A stretch of 64,000 bases of DNA from Scenedesmus sp. PABB004 (lineage: Eukaryota), in contig JABVCE010000002.1 in the NCBI GenBank assembly GCA_014905635.1, positions 558,001 to 622,000 of the forward strand, given 5' to 3'. Below, piece after piece: positions 1 to 11,313 of the stretch; positions within the stretch are counted from its first letter, which is position 1, and each line of letters starts with the position of its first letter. The position numbers and the translations under genes are program-made. The notes under the pieces are model-generated. The model did no database searches, was not told where the DNA came from, and saw only the letters and a list, made by a program, of their open reading frames with translations.

Positions 1-1253
1 GCCGTCGCCGTACTGGCGCAGCATGGCGAGCACGGGCGCGCCGATGTCGGCCGCGCCGCGCGGCGTGAAGTTGACGGCGCCGATCTCGGCCAGTCTCGCG
101 TCCCACCAGGGGTCGTCGCTGGGCTCCGACAGCACCAGCACGCGGCTCGCGAGCGTGGGCAGGATGCGGTGCACCTCGAGGATTGAGGGGCCGTCGTGGA
201 AGTGGAGGTTGAGCGCGAGCCGGGTGCGGCGGAGCAGCGCGTGCAGCTCGGCGCCAAAGTGCGACTCAGTGAACACCACGCGCAGCGCCGGGCGCGCCGA
301 CGCGGCCACCGACACGAGCCGCGCCTGGCGCCGCGGGCTCGACAGCCAGCCCACGAACGCGACGTCCACGTCCCGCTCGCGCGCCGGCGGCGCGGGGTTG
401 TCCAGCGCGGGCGCGTAGCCGAGCGGGAGGTGCACCACGCGCGCCACGCCGCGGCGCCGCAGCACGGCGATGTTGGCGAGCGAGTAGTCCAGCACCTGCG
501 CGCCGCGCGCGGCGGCGCGGCGCGGCGTGGCACGGCGGGCCGGGTGAGCCGCCGGCGCCGGCGCGGGCTGGGCGGCGCGGCGCGCGCGCGCGGCGCCCGG
601 CGGCGTGCTGCCGCCGCCGCTGCTCGTACCAGCTCGGCGCCGCGCAGCCGCTCGAAGAGGTCCTCCGGCCAGTCGCGCGCGGTGAGCTGCTCGAGGTTGT
701 ACGCGACGTACGACCGCGGCAGCGCGCCGCCGAGGTGGGCGGTGAAGATGAGGTACGTGGCGCTGGCGTTGCCGGCTGGGTCGACCGCGTCCGCGACGCC
801 CACGCGCGGCACGCCCGCCTCGCCCAGCGCGGCGTGCAGCGCGTCCGCCACCCCGTCAAACGTACGGTGATTGCGCAGCACCACCAGGCGCCCGCACCTA
901 GTCAGCGCCTCGGCCACCGTGACGTTGCCGCCGGCAGGCGCGCGCGCCCCACACCCCGGGCGCGACGCCGCTCGCTCGGCAGCCGCCGGAGCCGGCGACG
1001 CGCCGTGTGACAGAAACTCCGCACGCACAGCACTCGCTTCGGTCCGCTCTCTGGCGCCCTGCTGCGGAGGATCGGGAGCCCGACACGTGCGCAGCGGCAG
1101 CGCTCGGCGGGCGGGCGCCGCTGCTGCCGCGCAGCGGCGCCGCCGCTTGCCGCGCACCTGGCCGGGCGCGCGTAGCAGCGCGGCGATCGCCGTGAGGGCC
1201 AGTAGGCCCGCGCCCAGGAGCAGCGCTGTTGCAGGGCAGCGGGCGACCGCCAT
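1..1253 (-). CDS. Putative glycosyltransferase (GT-B, Glyco_trans_1-like) with an N-terminal membrane anchor; 3' end runs off the window
   Basis: Spliced reading gives MAVARCPATALLLGAGLLALTAIAALL, then YVAYNLEQL, VLDYSLANI..VVHLPLGYAP, RDVDVAFVG, LALNLHFH..ILEVHRI and VLVLSEPS. Introns are GT-AG. Confidence 0.6.
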   Translation of the reverse strand, partial: MAVARCPATALLLGAGLLALTAIAALLRAPGQVRGKRRRRCAAAAAPARRALPLRTCRAPDPPQQGARERTEASAVRAEFLSHGASPAPAAAERAASRPGCGARAPAGGNVTVAEALTRCGRLVVLRNHRTFDGVADALHAALGEAGVPRVGVADAVDPAGNASATYLIFTAHLGGALPRSYVAYNLEQLTARDWPEDLFERLRGAELVRAAAAAARRRAPRARAAPPSPRRRRRLTRPAVPRRAAPPRAARRCWTTRSPTSPCCGAAAWRAWCTSRSATRPRWTTPRRRRASGTWTSRSWAGCRARGARRGSCRWPRRRARRCAWCSLSRTLAPSCTRCSAAPGSRSTSTSTTAPQSSRCTASCPRSRAACWCCRSPATTPGGTRDWPRSAPSTSRRAARPTSARPCSPCCASTAT

Positions 1254-1751
1254 GCGACCGCTGCCGTGGCAGCGCCGCGGCTCCGCCTTTGCCCCCCTGC
1301 GTGCCGCCCGGAGCTGCCACTGCAAAGCTGGCGGAAGGAGTGCGGGCGTGCGGCAGCGGCGACGCGCGGCTGACGGAGCGCCGCCGGGCGGCGTCCAGGG
1401 CTCAGCGCGCTGCGGCGCGGCGGGCGCGGCGTCGGCACGCAGCGCGGCTGGTTCCACGGCCGGCGCAGAGAGGGCGCCTCACGCATTGTACAAGCCTGCC
1501 ACGCGCGGCGACGGCGCGCGTGGCAGGCAGGGACCGAGTGCCACAGCCGCAGCACAGCAGCCCCGGCCAACGTCAGTCGACCATTCATCTCCCCAGTCAG
1601 TCACGGCCACCGCCCCCGGGGTCACGTTCCCAGCAGATCAGTCCCCGCCGGGGCAGTCGTCAGCAGCACGCCGCCCTGTGCCCCCGACGGCGCGCACGCC
1701 GGCGCCGCCTAGGCCTAGCCCCGGCCCCGCCTAGGCCTAGGCCGGCGGCGG

Positions 1752-1804
1752 CTAGCGCCGCCGGTGGCGGCCGCCCTGCTCGCGCTCGCGCTCGCGCGCC
1801 TCCC

Positions 1805-1838
<34 letters not shown>

Positions 1839-4800
1839 CTCGCGCTCGCGCGCCTCCAGCTCCGAGTCCACGCTCTCGCCCGCGGTGCCGAGGCGCACGT
1901 CGCTGCCCGAGCGGTGCAGCCCGCGGAGGCCCAGGCCCGCGAGGCCGCCGGCGCTGGCGCTGCCGCCCGACGCGGCGCCGGCCAGGCCGGCGAAGCTGCC
2001 GGCGCCGTGCGCAAACGTGGAGCCGCCGGGCGCGGCCGCGGCACGCTGCACGTCCTGCGCGCCGCTGAGCCCGAGCTGCAGGAATCGGGCGAGGTCGGCG
2101 AGGGGGATGGTCGCGTCCTCGCCCTTGCGCTCCAGGCCCCGCACGCGCACCAGCCCCGGCGGCGCCAGCGAGCGCTCGTCGAGTATGGCCAGCCAGCGCG
2201 CGCCGCAGCCAGCCGCATACTCCCACGCCTCCGTCAGGCTCGGCGCCGCCCGCGGCACCAGCTGCGCGGCCAGGCCCGCGCCCCAGAGCTGCGCGACGAC
2301 CGCCATGCGGTGCTGCGGCGCGCGGCGGCGCGCGGCGCGGCGGGTGAGGCGCGCCCGCACGCAGCGCGCGGGCTGCAGCGCGCGCCGCGCCCCGCAGGCC
2401 CCCAGCCTGCCCCTCGTCGCCGCGCCGCGCACCTCCAGCATGCCGTCGCCGCCGCGCGCGCAGACCACCACGTCGCACGCGCCCGCCGGCAGCCGCCCCG
2501 GGCCCTCCAGCCCGGCGCCGCCGTGCCCGCCGCCGTGCGCGTGGCCGCCGGCGCCGGCGCGGTGCGCACGGCGGCGCTGGAGCAGCGTGATGAGCTTGGT
2601 GCAGTTGATGCTCACTCCGACGCCGCCGGGCGGCGGCAGCACCGCCGACGCCGCGGGCGACCAGAGCGAGCGGAGCAGTCCATCGTAGCGGCCGCCCGCG
2701 GCGACGGCGTTGGTGCACACCGTGCCGGCGGCGCTGGGCGGGCTCTGCAGCAGCACCTGCGGCACGTGGCGCGGCGCGGCGCGGGGCGGGGCGACGCTGG
2801 CGTCAGGGGCGCGGCTGCTGCAGGCGCAGCGGCGCCGCGCCGCCACGCCCGAGGTGCGCTGCGCCGCGCTGCGCGCGCGTGCCTGGAACACGGCGCCGCC
2901 AAAGTGCTCGCTCTGCGGCGGCAGCAGCGGCTCCAGCAGCAGCTGGTCGGGCGCCAGGCCCCACGCGACCAGCAGCCGCGCCAGCTCGCCGAGCTCCTCG
3001 GCCGCGCCGAGCGCCGCAGCCAGGCCCGCGCTGCCCAACTGGGGCTTGAGCTCGCGCAAGAAGGCGCGCAGCGCGCCCAGCTGCGACGCGACGGGCCCTG
3101 GCGAGGCGCCCAGGCGGCAGCGGCGGCGGCGGCGGCGTCGGCGGGAGCGCGGTTGGCGCCGCGCGCGCTCATACACACACGTTGCTGCGCCCACACGCGG
3201 GCCGGCCGCTCACCTGGCAGCTTCAGCACGCACTGCCGGCAGCGGCTGACGGGCTTCGAGTCCAGGCCCAGGCCGTCCAGGCCGGCGCGCACCGCAGGCC
3301 ACATCGCCGCACGGCCGCCGGCGGCCGCCGCGCCCGCAGCCCCCGCGCCGCCGGCCGCCGGCCCTGGCCCGCCGCCGGCGCCGCCGCCGCCGCTGGGCGC
3401 GGCGCCACCGCCCGGCGCGCTGCCGGCGCCGCCGCCGCCGCCGCCGCCGCCCGGCGCTCCAGGCGCGGCGCCGCCGGGCGCTGCACCGCCGCCGGGCGTC
3501 GCGCCGCGCGCGGCTGAGACGCTGAGCGCCGAGGCGAGCAGGGCCATCACGGACGACAGCGGCACGCCCGGCGGCAGGCCCAGCCCCGTGACGGCGGCGT
3601 TGAAGAGCGCCGTGTGGCCGAGGCGCACCTCGCATGCCCCCAGCTCCGGCAGCGCGTCCAGCACCTGGCGGGGCGCGGCGCGGCGCGCTCGGCGCGCGGC
3701 GCCTTGCGCGTGCGTGCGGGGCCGCCCCGCCCGCCGGGGCCGCCGCCGCCGCCGCCGCGCCGCGCCGCGCACCTGCGTGGCGGCCTTGACGACCTCCGCC
3801 TCGCCCAGCATGCGCTCGCGCACGACCGCTTGCGCGCCGCCGGCGCCGCCGTCGGGCGCGATGACGTCAAAGTCTGCCTGCAGGTAGCTCGCCGGCAGGC
3901 CCCGCCCCCGCCCCGCGCGCTGCACGCGGCAGACCTCAAAGCGCTTCAGCCCGCGCTCGAGCGCGCCCGCGGCGCCGCCGGGCGCGTGGAACGACCCGAG
4001 GAGGCTCGGCAGCGCGCCGGGGCCGGCCGCGAGCGCGGCCTGCTGCGCGTACCAGACAGCAAGCGGGTAGCGCAGCTCGTACCGCAGCGCCACCTGCGCG
4101 CCTGAGGGCGCCAGGTACCTGCGCAGCCACGACGCGCGGCGCCGCCACGTTGCGCCAGCGGGGCGCGTCAGCGGGGCACGAGCGGCGCGGCGCGGCGCGC
4201 GTCGGCCCCAGGCGCCCCGCGGCGCGCGCACCTGACGGCGTCGCGCGGCAGCGCGGCGTGGCCGAGGCCGAGGCTGCTGCTGCACATCTGCACCGCGCCG
4301 TGCGCCACGCACACGTCACGCACGGCGCGGACGACCGCGTCGTGCAGCTCGAGCGGCACGTCGAGCGGCGCGCCGGGCAGCTCGCCGAGCGAGAGCGCGC
4401 TCTGCTGGCTCGCGAGCAGCCCCGTGCCAAGCAGCCCCGCCTCGCCCGCCGCGCAGCCGCCGCCGCCGCTGCCGCCGCCCGGGGCGGCGCCGCCGGGCTC
4501 GCCCGCGCGCTCCTTGGCGGCGCCGATGGCAAAGAGCGCGTCGAGCACGCGCTCCGCTGCGAGGGGGTTGTCCGGCAGGCTGCGCAGCAGGTCGGTGAGC
4601 GCCTCGTCCTCGAGCCGCGGCGGCAGCAGGTCGCTCTGCAGCACCTCCCGCGCGGACGGGCGCGCCGCAGGCTTGGCCGCCATCAGCCACCTGCGTGGTC
4701 GGGGCGGGCACGCGGACCTGTGCGAGGGGCGCGCGCGGGGGCGCGCAGGGGCGCGCGGCGCCCGCCGCACCTGACGAGGCGCGCGACCTGCGGGTGCGCG

Positions 4801-7800
4801 GCCTCCCACGCGGGCGGCAGCTTGCCCGCCTCGCGCAGCTCGCGCAGCAGCACGGCGCGCTCCATCGCTGTCGAGAAGGGGTGCCACAGCTCAAACACCA
4901 CCACGCCCAGGCTGTACATGTCAACCTGACGCGGCGAGACGCGCGCGGACGCGCAGCGGCGCCACACCGGCGGCGGCGACGCGTCAGCGGCGCAGCGGCG
5001 CAGCGTGCCGCGCGCCGGCGCGGCTGCGCGCGGCGCGCGCCTTTTCGTCGTAGCTGGCCCAGCCCTGCGCGATCTCCGGCGCGATGTACCACCCCGTGCC
5101 GCACACGCCCGTCACGTCGGACGGCGCGCCCGCGCTCAGCGCGCGCGGGCCGAGGCTGCCCGGCGCGCGGCCGGCGGCGCCGCCGCCGGCCTTGGGGCTG
5201 TGCGGCGCGCCGGCGCCGCCGTCCCCGGGCGCCGCGTCGGCGTCGGCGCCGTCCCCAGGTGCCGCGGGAGGGGTGTTGAACTTGGCGAGGCCGAAGTCCC
5301 CGAGCTTGATGTCGCCGCGGGCGTCGTAGAAGATGTTGGCCTGAGGGGTGGGGGTGGGGGGGGAGGGCGGGCGGGAGGGGGGAGGGGTGTGAGGGAGGGG
5401 CAAGGGAGGGATGGGAGGGAGGGGTGAGGGAGGGAAGAGGAGGGAAGAGGGAGGGGACAGCAACGCGCGTGCGGGCGGCAGCGGCGCTGCACTGGCGCGC
5501 AGCCGGGGCGGGGCGGCGCGCGCCGCACGGGCTTGAGGTCTCGGTGGATGGCGCCCTGCCGAGGGTGTGTGTGTGGGGGGGGGGGGGGGGGGGGGGGGGC
5601 GGCGCGCGCGCGGGGTCGGCGGCGCGCGCGTGCGGCCGCGGCGGCCGCGGCGGCGGGGCCCGCCTGCCCGCAGCACGCGCGGTGCGCCGCGCCTGCGAGT
5701 GGATGTGCGCGAGGCCGGCCAGGATGCCTCGCAGGACCAGCCACGCGTCCGCCTCCTCCATCGCGCCCCCGTCCAGCACCTGTGCGCCGCCGCGGCGGCG
5801 GCGCCCGCCGCTGAGCGCGCGCGCGCACGCACGCCGCGCACGCGGTCTGGGCGGGCTCGGCGCGGCGCCGCGCGTGCCGCGCCTGTGCGAGCGTGCGGGG
5901 CAGAACTCCATTTGAATGTACAGGATCTGCCCCTCACCCCCCGCGCGGCGCCGCGACAGGCCCTTGGTCGGCGGCTGCGACGGCGGCGCGCCGCGCGGCG
6001 GCGGCGGCGCGCCGCGCGGCGGCGGCGGTGAGCCCAGCGGGCGCGGGGCGGCGCGCGGGGCGGCGCGCGGGCGGCGCGCGGCGCCCTGGCGCGCGTGCCT
6101 TGGGCGGCCTGGTGGCGTCGGGCTTGTGCTTGGCACCGCCGGGGCTGGGCGCGGCGCCGCCGCGGCGGCGCGCCGCTGGCAGGCGTGGCGGCATCGAGAA
6201 GCTGGGCTCGCCAAACACAGCGCTGCTGCTCTCGCTGTCGCTGGCGCTGTCGCTGGCGCTGCCGTCCCCGCTGCTGGTGGCATCGTCCTGCGCCGTCCAG
6301 TGCTGGCTGCTGCTGGTCGGCTGCTGCTCGTCGCCGCTGGTGCTGCCCTCCTCGTCGCTCGAGCTCAGGTCGCCCCACTCGCCGCCGTCGCTCTCGCCCG
6401 ACAGCTCGCCGCCGCTCGGCGCGAGCTCCGTCCAGGCCTGCGCGCGGCGCGCCGCGGCGCGCGCGTCGCGGGGCGCAGCGCCGGGGCGCAGCGCCTCGTC
6501 GCCGCGCGGCCCCGCGCGCGCGCGCGGGTGGAGCGCGCAGGCGCAGCGCCCCGCACGGCGCGGGGCGCGGGGCGCGGGGGCGCACCTGGAAGTAGCGCAC
6601 AATGTTTGGGTGGAACGACAGCCGCGACAGCGTGGCAACCTCTCGCAGGATGCGCGCGTAGCTGCTGCCGCCGAGCCGGATCTTCTTGACAGCGTACTTG
6701 CGCCCGTCCAGCCTGCGCGCGGCGCGCGGCGGCGGCGGCGGCGGTGGCGGCGGCGCTGGGCCGCGGGCGCGCGGCGCGGCGGGCTGCGCGGCAGGGCGGG
6801 GCTGCGCGCGAGCGGCGCGCCGGGCGCCGCGCCTGTTGGTGGCGGCCACGACGACGCCGAAGCCGCCGCGGCCGAGGCGCTGGAGCTCCTGAAAGTCGCT
6901 GGCGTAGCGCGACAGCGCCGTCGCGGCGGCGGCGGCGGGCGTGGCGCCTGCGCCGCCGCCGGCCCCCGCCGGGGACTGCGCCGGCGCCGCGCCGGCGCGC
7001 GCCGCAGCGGCGGCCTGCTCGCCCGGCGCCGCCGCGGGCGCGGCGGCCGACGCGCCGGCCTGGGCGCCGCGGGCCCAGAAGAGCTGCAGCAGCTCGTCGC
7101 CCGCGGGCTTGGGCAGCACCTCCGGCGTGCAGCAGCGCGCGATCTCCTGCGCCGCGCGCGGCGGCGCGGCGCGTGGCGGCTGGGCGGCGCCGCGCGCGCG
7201 GGGCGCGGCGCGCGGCAGCACGGGCGGCGCCGGCGCCGCTGCGGGGCTGCTGCCGCCGCACCTGCCGGAAGAGTCGCGCAAAGGCGCGCTCGTAGAGCTC
7301 CGGGCGCTGCGGCAGCTGCTGCAGCAGCCAGTGCACCCACCTCGGCAGCAGCCCCGCCCGGCGCAGGTGGCTGGCCAGCAGCTGCACGCTGGCCGGCGGC
7401 AGCGCCGCGCTCGCGCCCAGGCTGGACGCGCTGCGGCCGCCGCCGGCGCTGGTGGGGCCGTCGCCCGCCGCCGCCGCGACCGCCGCGGGGCCGCCGGCCG
7501 CCATGACCAGGAGGTGGCCGAGCAGCAGCTGGCCGCGCAGGCTCACGCCCTCCGCGTCGTCGCCGTCGCTGTCGGACGTGCCGCTGCTGCCGCCCAGGGC
7601 CGAGCTGCTGGCGTCCGAGCCGCCGCGGCTGGTGGTGTCCGACTCGTCCGACGACGAGGAGGTGCCGCTCACGCAGCTCTGGAACGCCTCGGCGTCGGCC
7701 GCCGCCGCGCCTCCGCGCCGACTGCTCGCGGCGGTGCTGCTCGTGGCGCTGCTGGCGGTGACGCTGCTGTCGTGCATGCGGCGGTACGCCTGGCTGTCAA

Positions 7801-8156
7801 AGTCCCCGAACACGAGCGACGCCAGCCGCGCCGGCGCGGCGCCCGCGCCCGCGCCCCCGGCCGCCGCGCCGGCCTCCGGCCTGCCGGCCTGCTGCTGCCG
7901 CTGCTCCGCCGCCTGCGCCTGCAGCGCGTGCGCCTCCGCCGCGCGGCGCTGGCGGTGGCGGTGCTTGCTTCGGCCGCTCCGGCCGCCCTTGCTGCTGCTG
8001 AGGCTGTTGAGCAGGTCCTGCAGGCCCCTGGGGAGGTTGCTGAAGCTGCAGCTGTGCCGGTGCGACAGCAGCAGCTGCAGCTTTTTGCTCTCGCTCAGGC
8101 CCGGCTGCCCCGGCGCGCCAGACGGCGCCGCCGGCACGACCGCAGTGGCCACCTGC

Positions 8157-8189
<33 letters not shown>

Positions 8190-9394
8190 GGCAGCTGCTG
8201 CTGCTGCTGCTCCACTGCCGCCTGCGGTGCCCGCCCCAGCGGCTGCGCCGCCTTCCCGCCAAGCGCCGCAGCTGCCGCCGCTGCCTTGAGCCCAGCGGCG
8301 CCGCGCGCTGGCGAGCCGGCCCCGCCCAGCGCTGCGCCCGGGCCAGCGCCCAGGCGCAGGCTGGCGGCGAGGTAGGACGGCGTGCGCGGCGACGCCGACG
8401 GCAGCATCTCTGGCGAGGGCGGCGCACCGGCGCGGCTGCGCGGCGGCGGCTCGGGGCTCGCGTCGCCGAGCGCCGCAGCCTTGGCGTTTCGCCGCACCTT
8501 GGGCCTGGCCGGGCCCTGCGGGTTGGCCAGGTTGGGCACGGCATAGGACGGCTCGCCCTCCTCGGCAAAGAGCCCGCCGTCAAACATCCACAGGTCCCCG
8601 CCGAGTGGGTTGGTGCCGCCCGGCCCCGGGCCGCCCAGCGAGAGCTCCGCGTCCCGCTCGGCGGCCTGCCGCTGCATGCGCGCCTGCATCTCGTGCCACA
8701 GGCTCAGCCGCTCGCCCGCGCCGGCGCCGCCCAGGCCGTCGCCGGCGGCCGCCGCCTCGAGCTCCCGCGCCTCAGCCTCGGCCGCCTCCTGTGCCGCTGC
8801 GTTGTGGTCGCGCAGGAACCTGCGACGAGCGCACGGTGCGGCGGCAGCCCAGATCAGCCCCGTGGCGCCCCCGGCTGCGCCGGCCCCCCGCCCCCGCTCT
8901 GGCCTCACTCCTGGCAGCAGTCCACCAGGTTGAACACGCACACCGCCTCATCCTTGGCGAACGCCGCCGCCGCCGCGTCGAGCTGCTGCGCGAGCGCCGC
9001 CGCGTCGTCGTCGCCCAGCCCCACCACCTCCCTGAGCTTGAGCTGCAGCGGTGTCGCCGGGTAGCCGGCGGTGTACCTGCGGCGAGCGGTCGCGGCGGCC
9101 TGGAGCAGGGCCACGCAACAGCGGCAGCAGCGGCCAACCGCTGGCATTGCCGCCGCGCCCTGCACCCGCCGAGGCGCCGCCCGCGCGCGCGCGCCTGATG
9201 CTGATCTGCGCGGCGGTGTGGTTGAGGGCCTCTGTGGCGGGGTGCGGGACGACCTTGAGGGTGAAGCCCAGGCCATCCTCGTCGAGCGCGAGGTCGTGCT
9301 CAAAGATCGCGCCCAGCGCCAGCAGCTCCTCAGCGATCTCCGCCTTGACCACCCGCGAGCTTCCCGCCTTGCCCTTGCGCTTCTTGGGCGCCAT
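1752..9394 (-). CDS. GCN2: eIF2-alpha kinase GCN2 (RWD, kinase, HisRS-like and anticodon-binding-like domains), multi-exon
   Basis: RWD start (EELLALGAIF..YTAGYPATP). Kinase motifs SRYASDFQELQRLGRGGFGVV, YAVKKI, LYIQMEFCP, IHRDLKP, IKLGDFGLAK, GTGWYIAPE and KVDMYSLG. HisRS-like motifs LRYELRYP, YLQADFD and AVAAGGRYDGL. There is a probable 1-bp error at 5897-5900. Confidence 0.93.
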
Positions 9395-10283
9395 GCCCGC
9401 GCCGCGCCCGCCCCGCAGCCGCCGGCGTGCGCCGCCGCTGGCGTGCGCCGCTGCCGGCGCCGCCCGCTGCGCAGACGGCAGCGGCGCGCCAGGTGCGTCT
9501 GTGCCGGCCACCTGCGCACACCCCTGGCATGCTGCGCCGCGCGCCGCGCGGCCGCGCTTCAGCCGACGCTGGGCCCCGGAACCAGGGGGTAGGTGACGTC
9601 GGGGCGCGGTGCGACGGGTCGCCACGCCGACGGCGCGCCGGCCCGCGGCCGGCCCGCGGCGTGCGCGACGGCGCGGCGGAGGCGCCTGGGGCGGCGGCGC
9701 GTCGCGCGCGCAGCGTCAATGCACCGCCGGGAGCTGCCCCCGCGCGCCCGGCGCCGCGGAGTAAGGTTTTACAGTCAGGAATATATAGGGCGAGGTCAGC
9801 GCCCGTGGGTGCGCGACGGCGCGCCCGTTCCTACGCGTCAGCGTGCTCGTGGTATGCGTTTCAGTGCATCGCACGCGGCGGACAGCCCGTGGCTCGCTGG
9901 AGCGCCGGGGCGAGGGCGCCGGGGTCTGCCCTCATCCCTAGCACAGGCTCCCCGCGTCCGGGCGTCTGGTTCGAGCGTCTGGCTCCAGTCCCGGCTGCCA
10001 CAGAACGCGGTGGGAGGCGGCGCGCGCGGCGCGGTGCGCTGAGGGCGACGCTGCGCGCGGGGCGTGCAGCCGAGAAGCTCGCTGCGCAGCGGAGTGTATA
10101 AACGAAACACCGCCCCCAGGGCCGCCCCGCCTGCCGGGAGAGATAGCTGGCAGCTTGTAGGGCATTTCGGGCCGACCGGAAGGGCGGTGCGCGCTGTGGT
10201 GATCACGGCTGACCATGCACCTTCCGCGGGCCTCGACCTCACATATTGAGCGCCACAGCCCCGCTGCCGCCCAGACAGACCTC
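9184..10283. repeat. Left arm of a 1.1-kb inverted duplication (partner 13643-14742)
   Basis: Position x pairs with 23926-x. The ORF track shows mirrored ORFs (9427..10101+ against 13825..14499-). Only about 3 substitutions were noticed. Confidence 0.97.
10044..10160 (+). promoter_or_regulatory. Inverted copy of the conserved subtilisin upstream block (TATAAA at 10097-10102), pointing at the 3' end of subtilisin A
   Basis: Reverse complement of 13766-13882 and homologous to 51279-51390. Confidence 0.6.
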
Positions 10284-11313
10284 AATTCTGAGACGCGTTG
10301 GGTCTGCGGGAGAATTACCAGAGAGAGCATCGCTCGATGTGCCCTCGAGCGGCTGCGCAGCCGCGTGAACAGCTCACAGGCGTGAGCGGCCAACGACGCC
10401 TCTGCCCCTCGCCCTAGCATGCATGCACTGCACACGAGAGAAGGATTTCCTTCTGCGTTTTTGTTCTCGCCCCGCTGTTTGCCGGGCGGGCGGGCACCTG
10501 CGGCGTATGCACGCAGTGGCACACCGTCGGCCGCGGAAAGGGAGCACTCACAGGGCAGTGTGCTGCCACACGGCAGCGTAGGTATCAGCACGCGCCGGCA
10601 GCCGGTCAGTGTGCAGGCGCGCTGCCGGGCTCAGGCCGCCCGCCTGGAACCCCGGCAGCGCCGAGAAAGGAAGGGCGACAAAGCAGCGCCAACTGCGGCG
10701 CAAGACATGCAGTGATGGTGGGTGGAGTGGGTTTAAGTGGAGCCTCGAGCGTGTGCACGTGCGCGCAGTGTTGTGATGACGCGGCGGGCAGGAACGTGGC
10801 GTGATGCAGCAGATGCAGCAGACACCGGAGCAAGGGGATGTGGCTGCAAATTAAGCACAAGCATGCACTCACAAGCAAGCAAGCAAGCACAGGGTGGGAC
10901 GGGGTGCGGGAAGGAAGGCCGAGGCCTCACAAGGCAGCACGCTGGGCCCCCTCAAGCAGTGCTTCAACCAGCCCCGCCACCCCACGGCGACGCGCGCGCT
11001 GGAAACCAAAGGATTCATCCCAGCTGCATCCACGGCAAGCTCTAGCCAGTGCTGTTCATGCACCGGTGCCAGGTGCAGGTACATCGCTGCGTCGCGCGTA
11101 GCAGCAGGCAGACCGTGAGCATTCGCCCAGGAGGCAAGCAGCCATGCTTTCCCAGCAGGCGCAAAGCTGACACAGCCAGCGCAGACCGACGGGTGTGCGC
11201 TAGATGCAAAAAGAGCGCGGCCGGGAGTGGGCGGTGTACTGGGAAGAACGGTGAGGGATGCAGAGAATGAATGGCGCAGCAACAGCAGCAGCCGCAGCAG
11301 GGCTGCGGTGTTT

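Noticed and set aside
5345..5600. Polypurine and poly-G tracts (also 17464-17481 and 60522-60590) and the (CG)n run at 56376-56403 as G4, H-DNA or Z-DNA elements
   Set aside because: All lie in introns and fit C-rich acceptor tracts or simple repeats. There is no evidence of function and the run lengths are unreliable.
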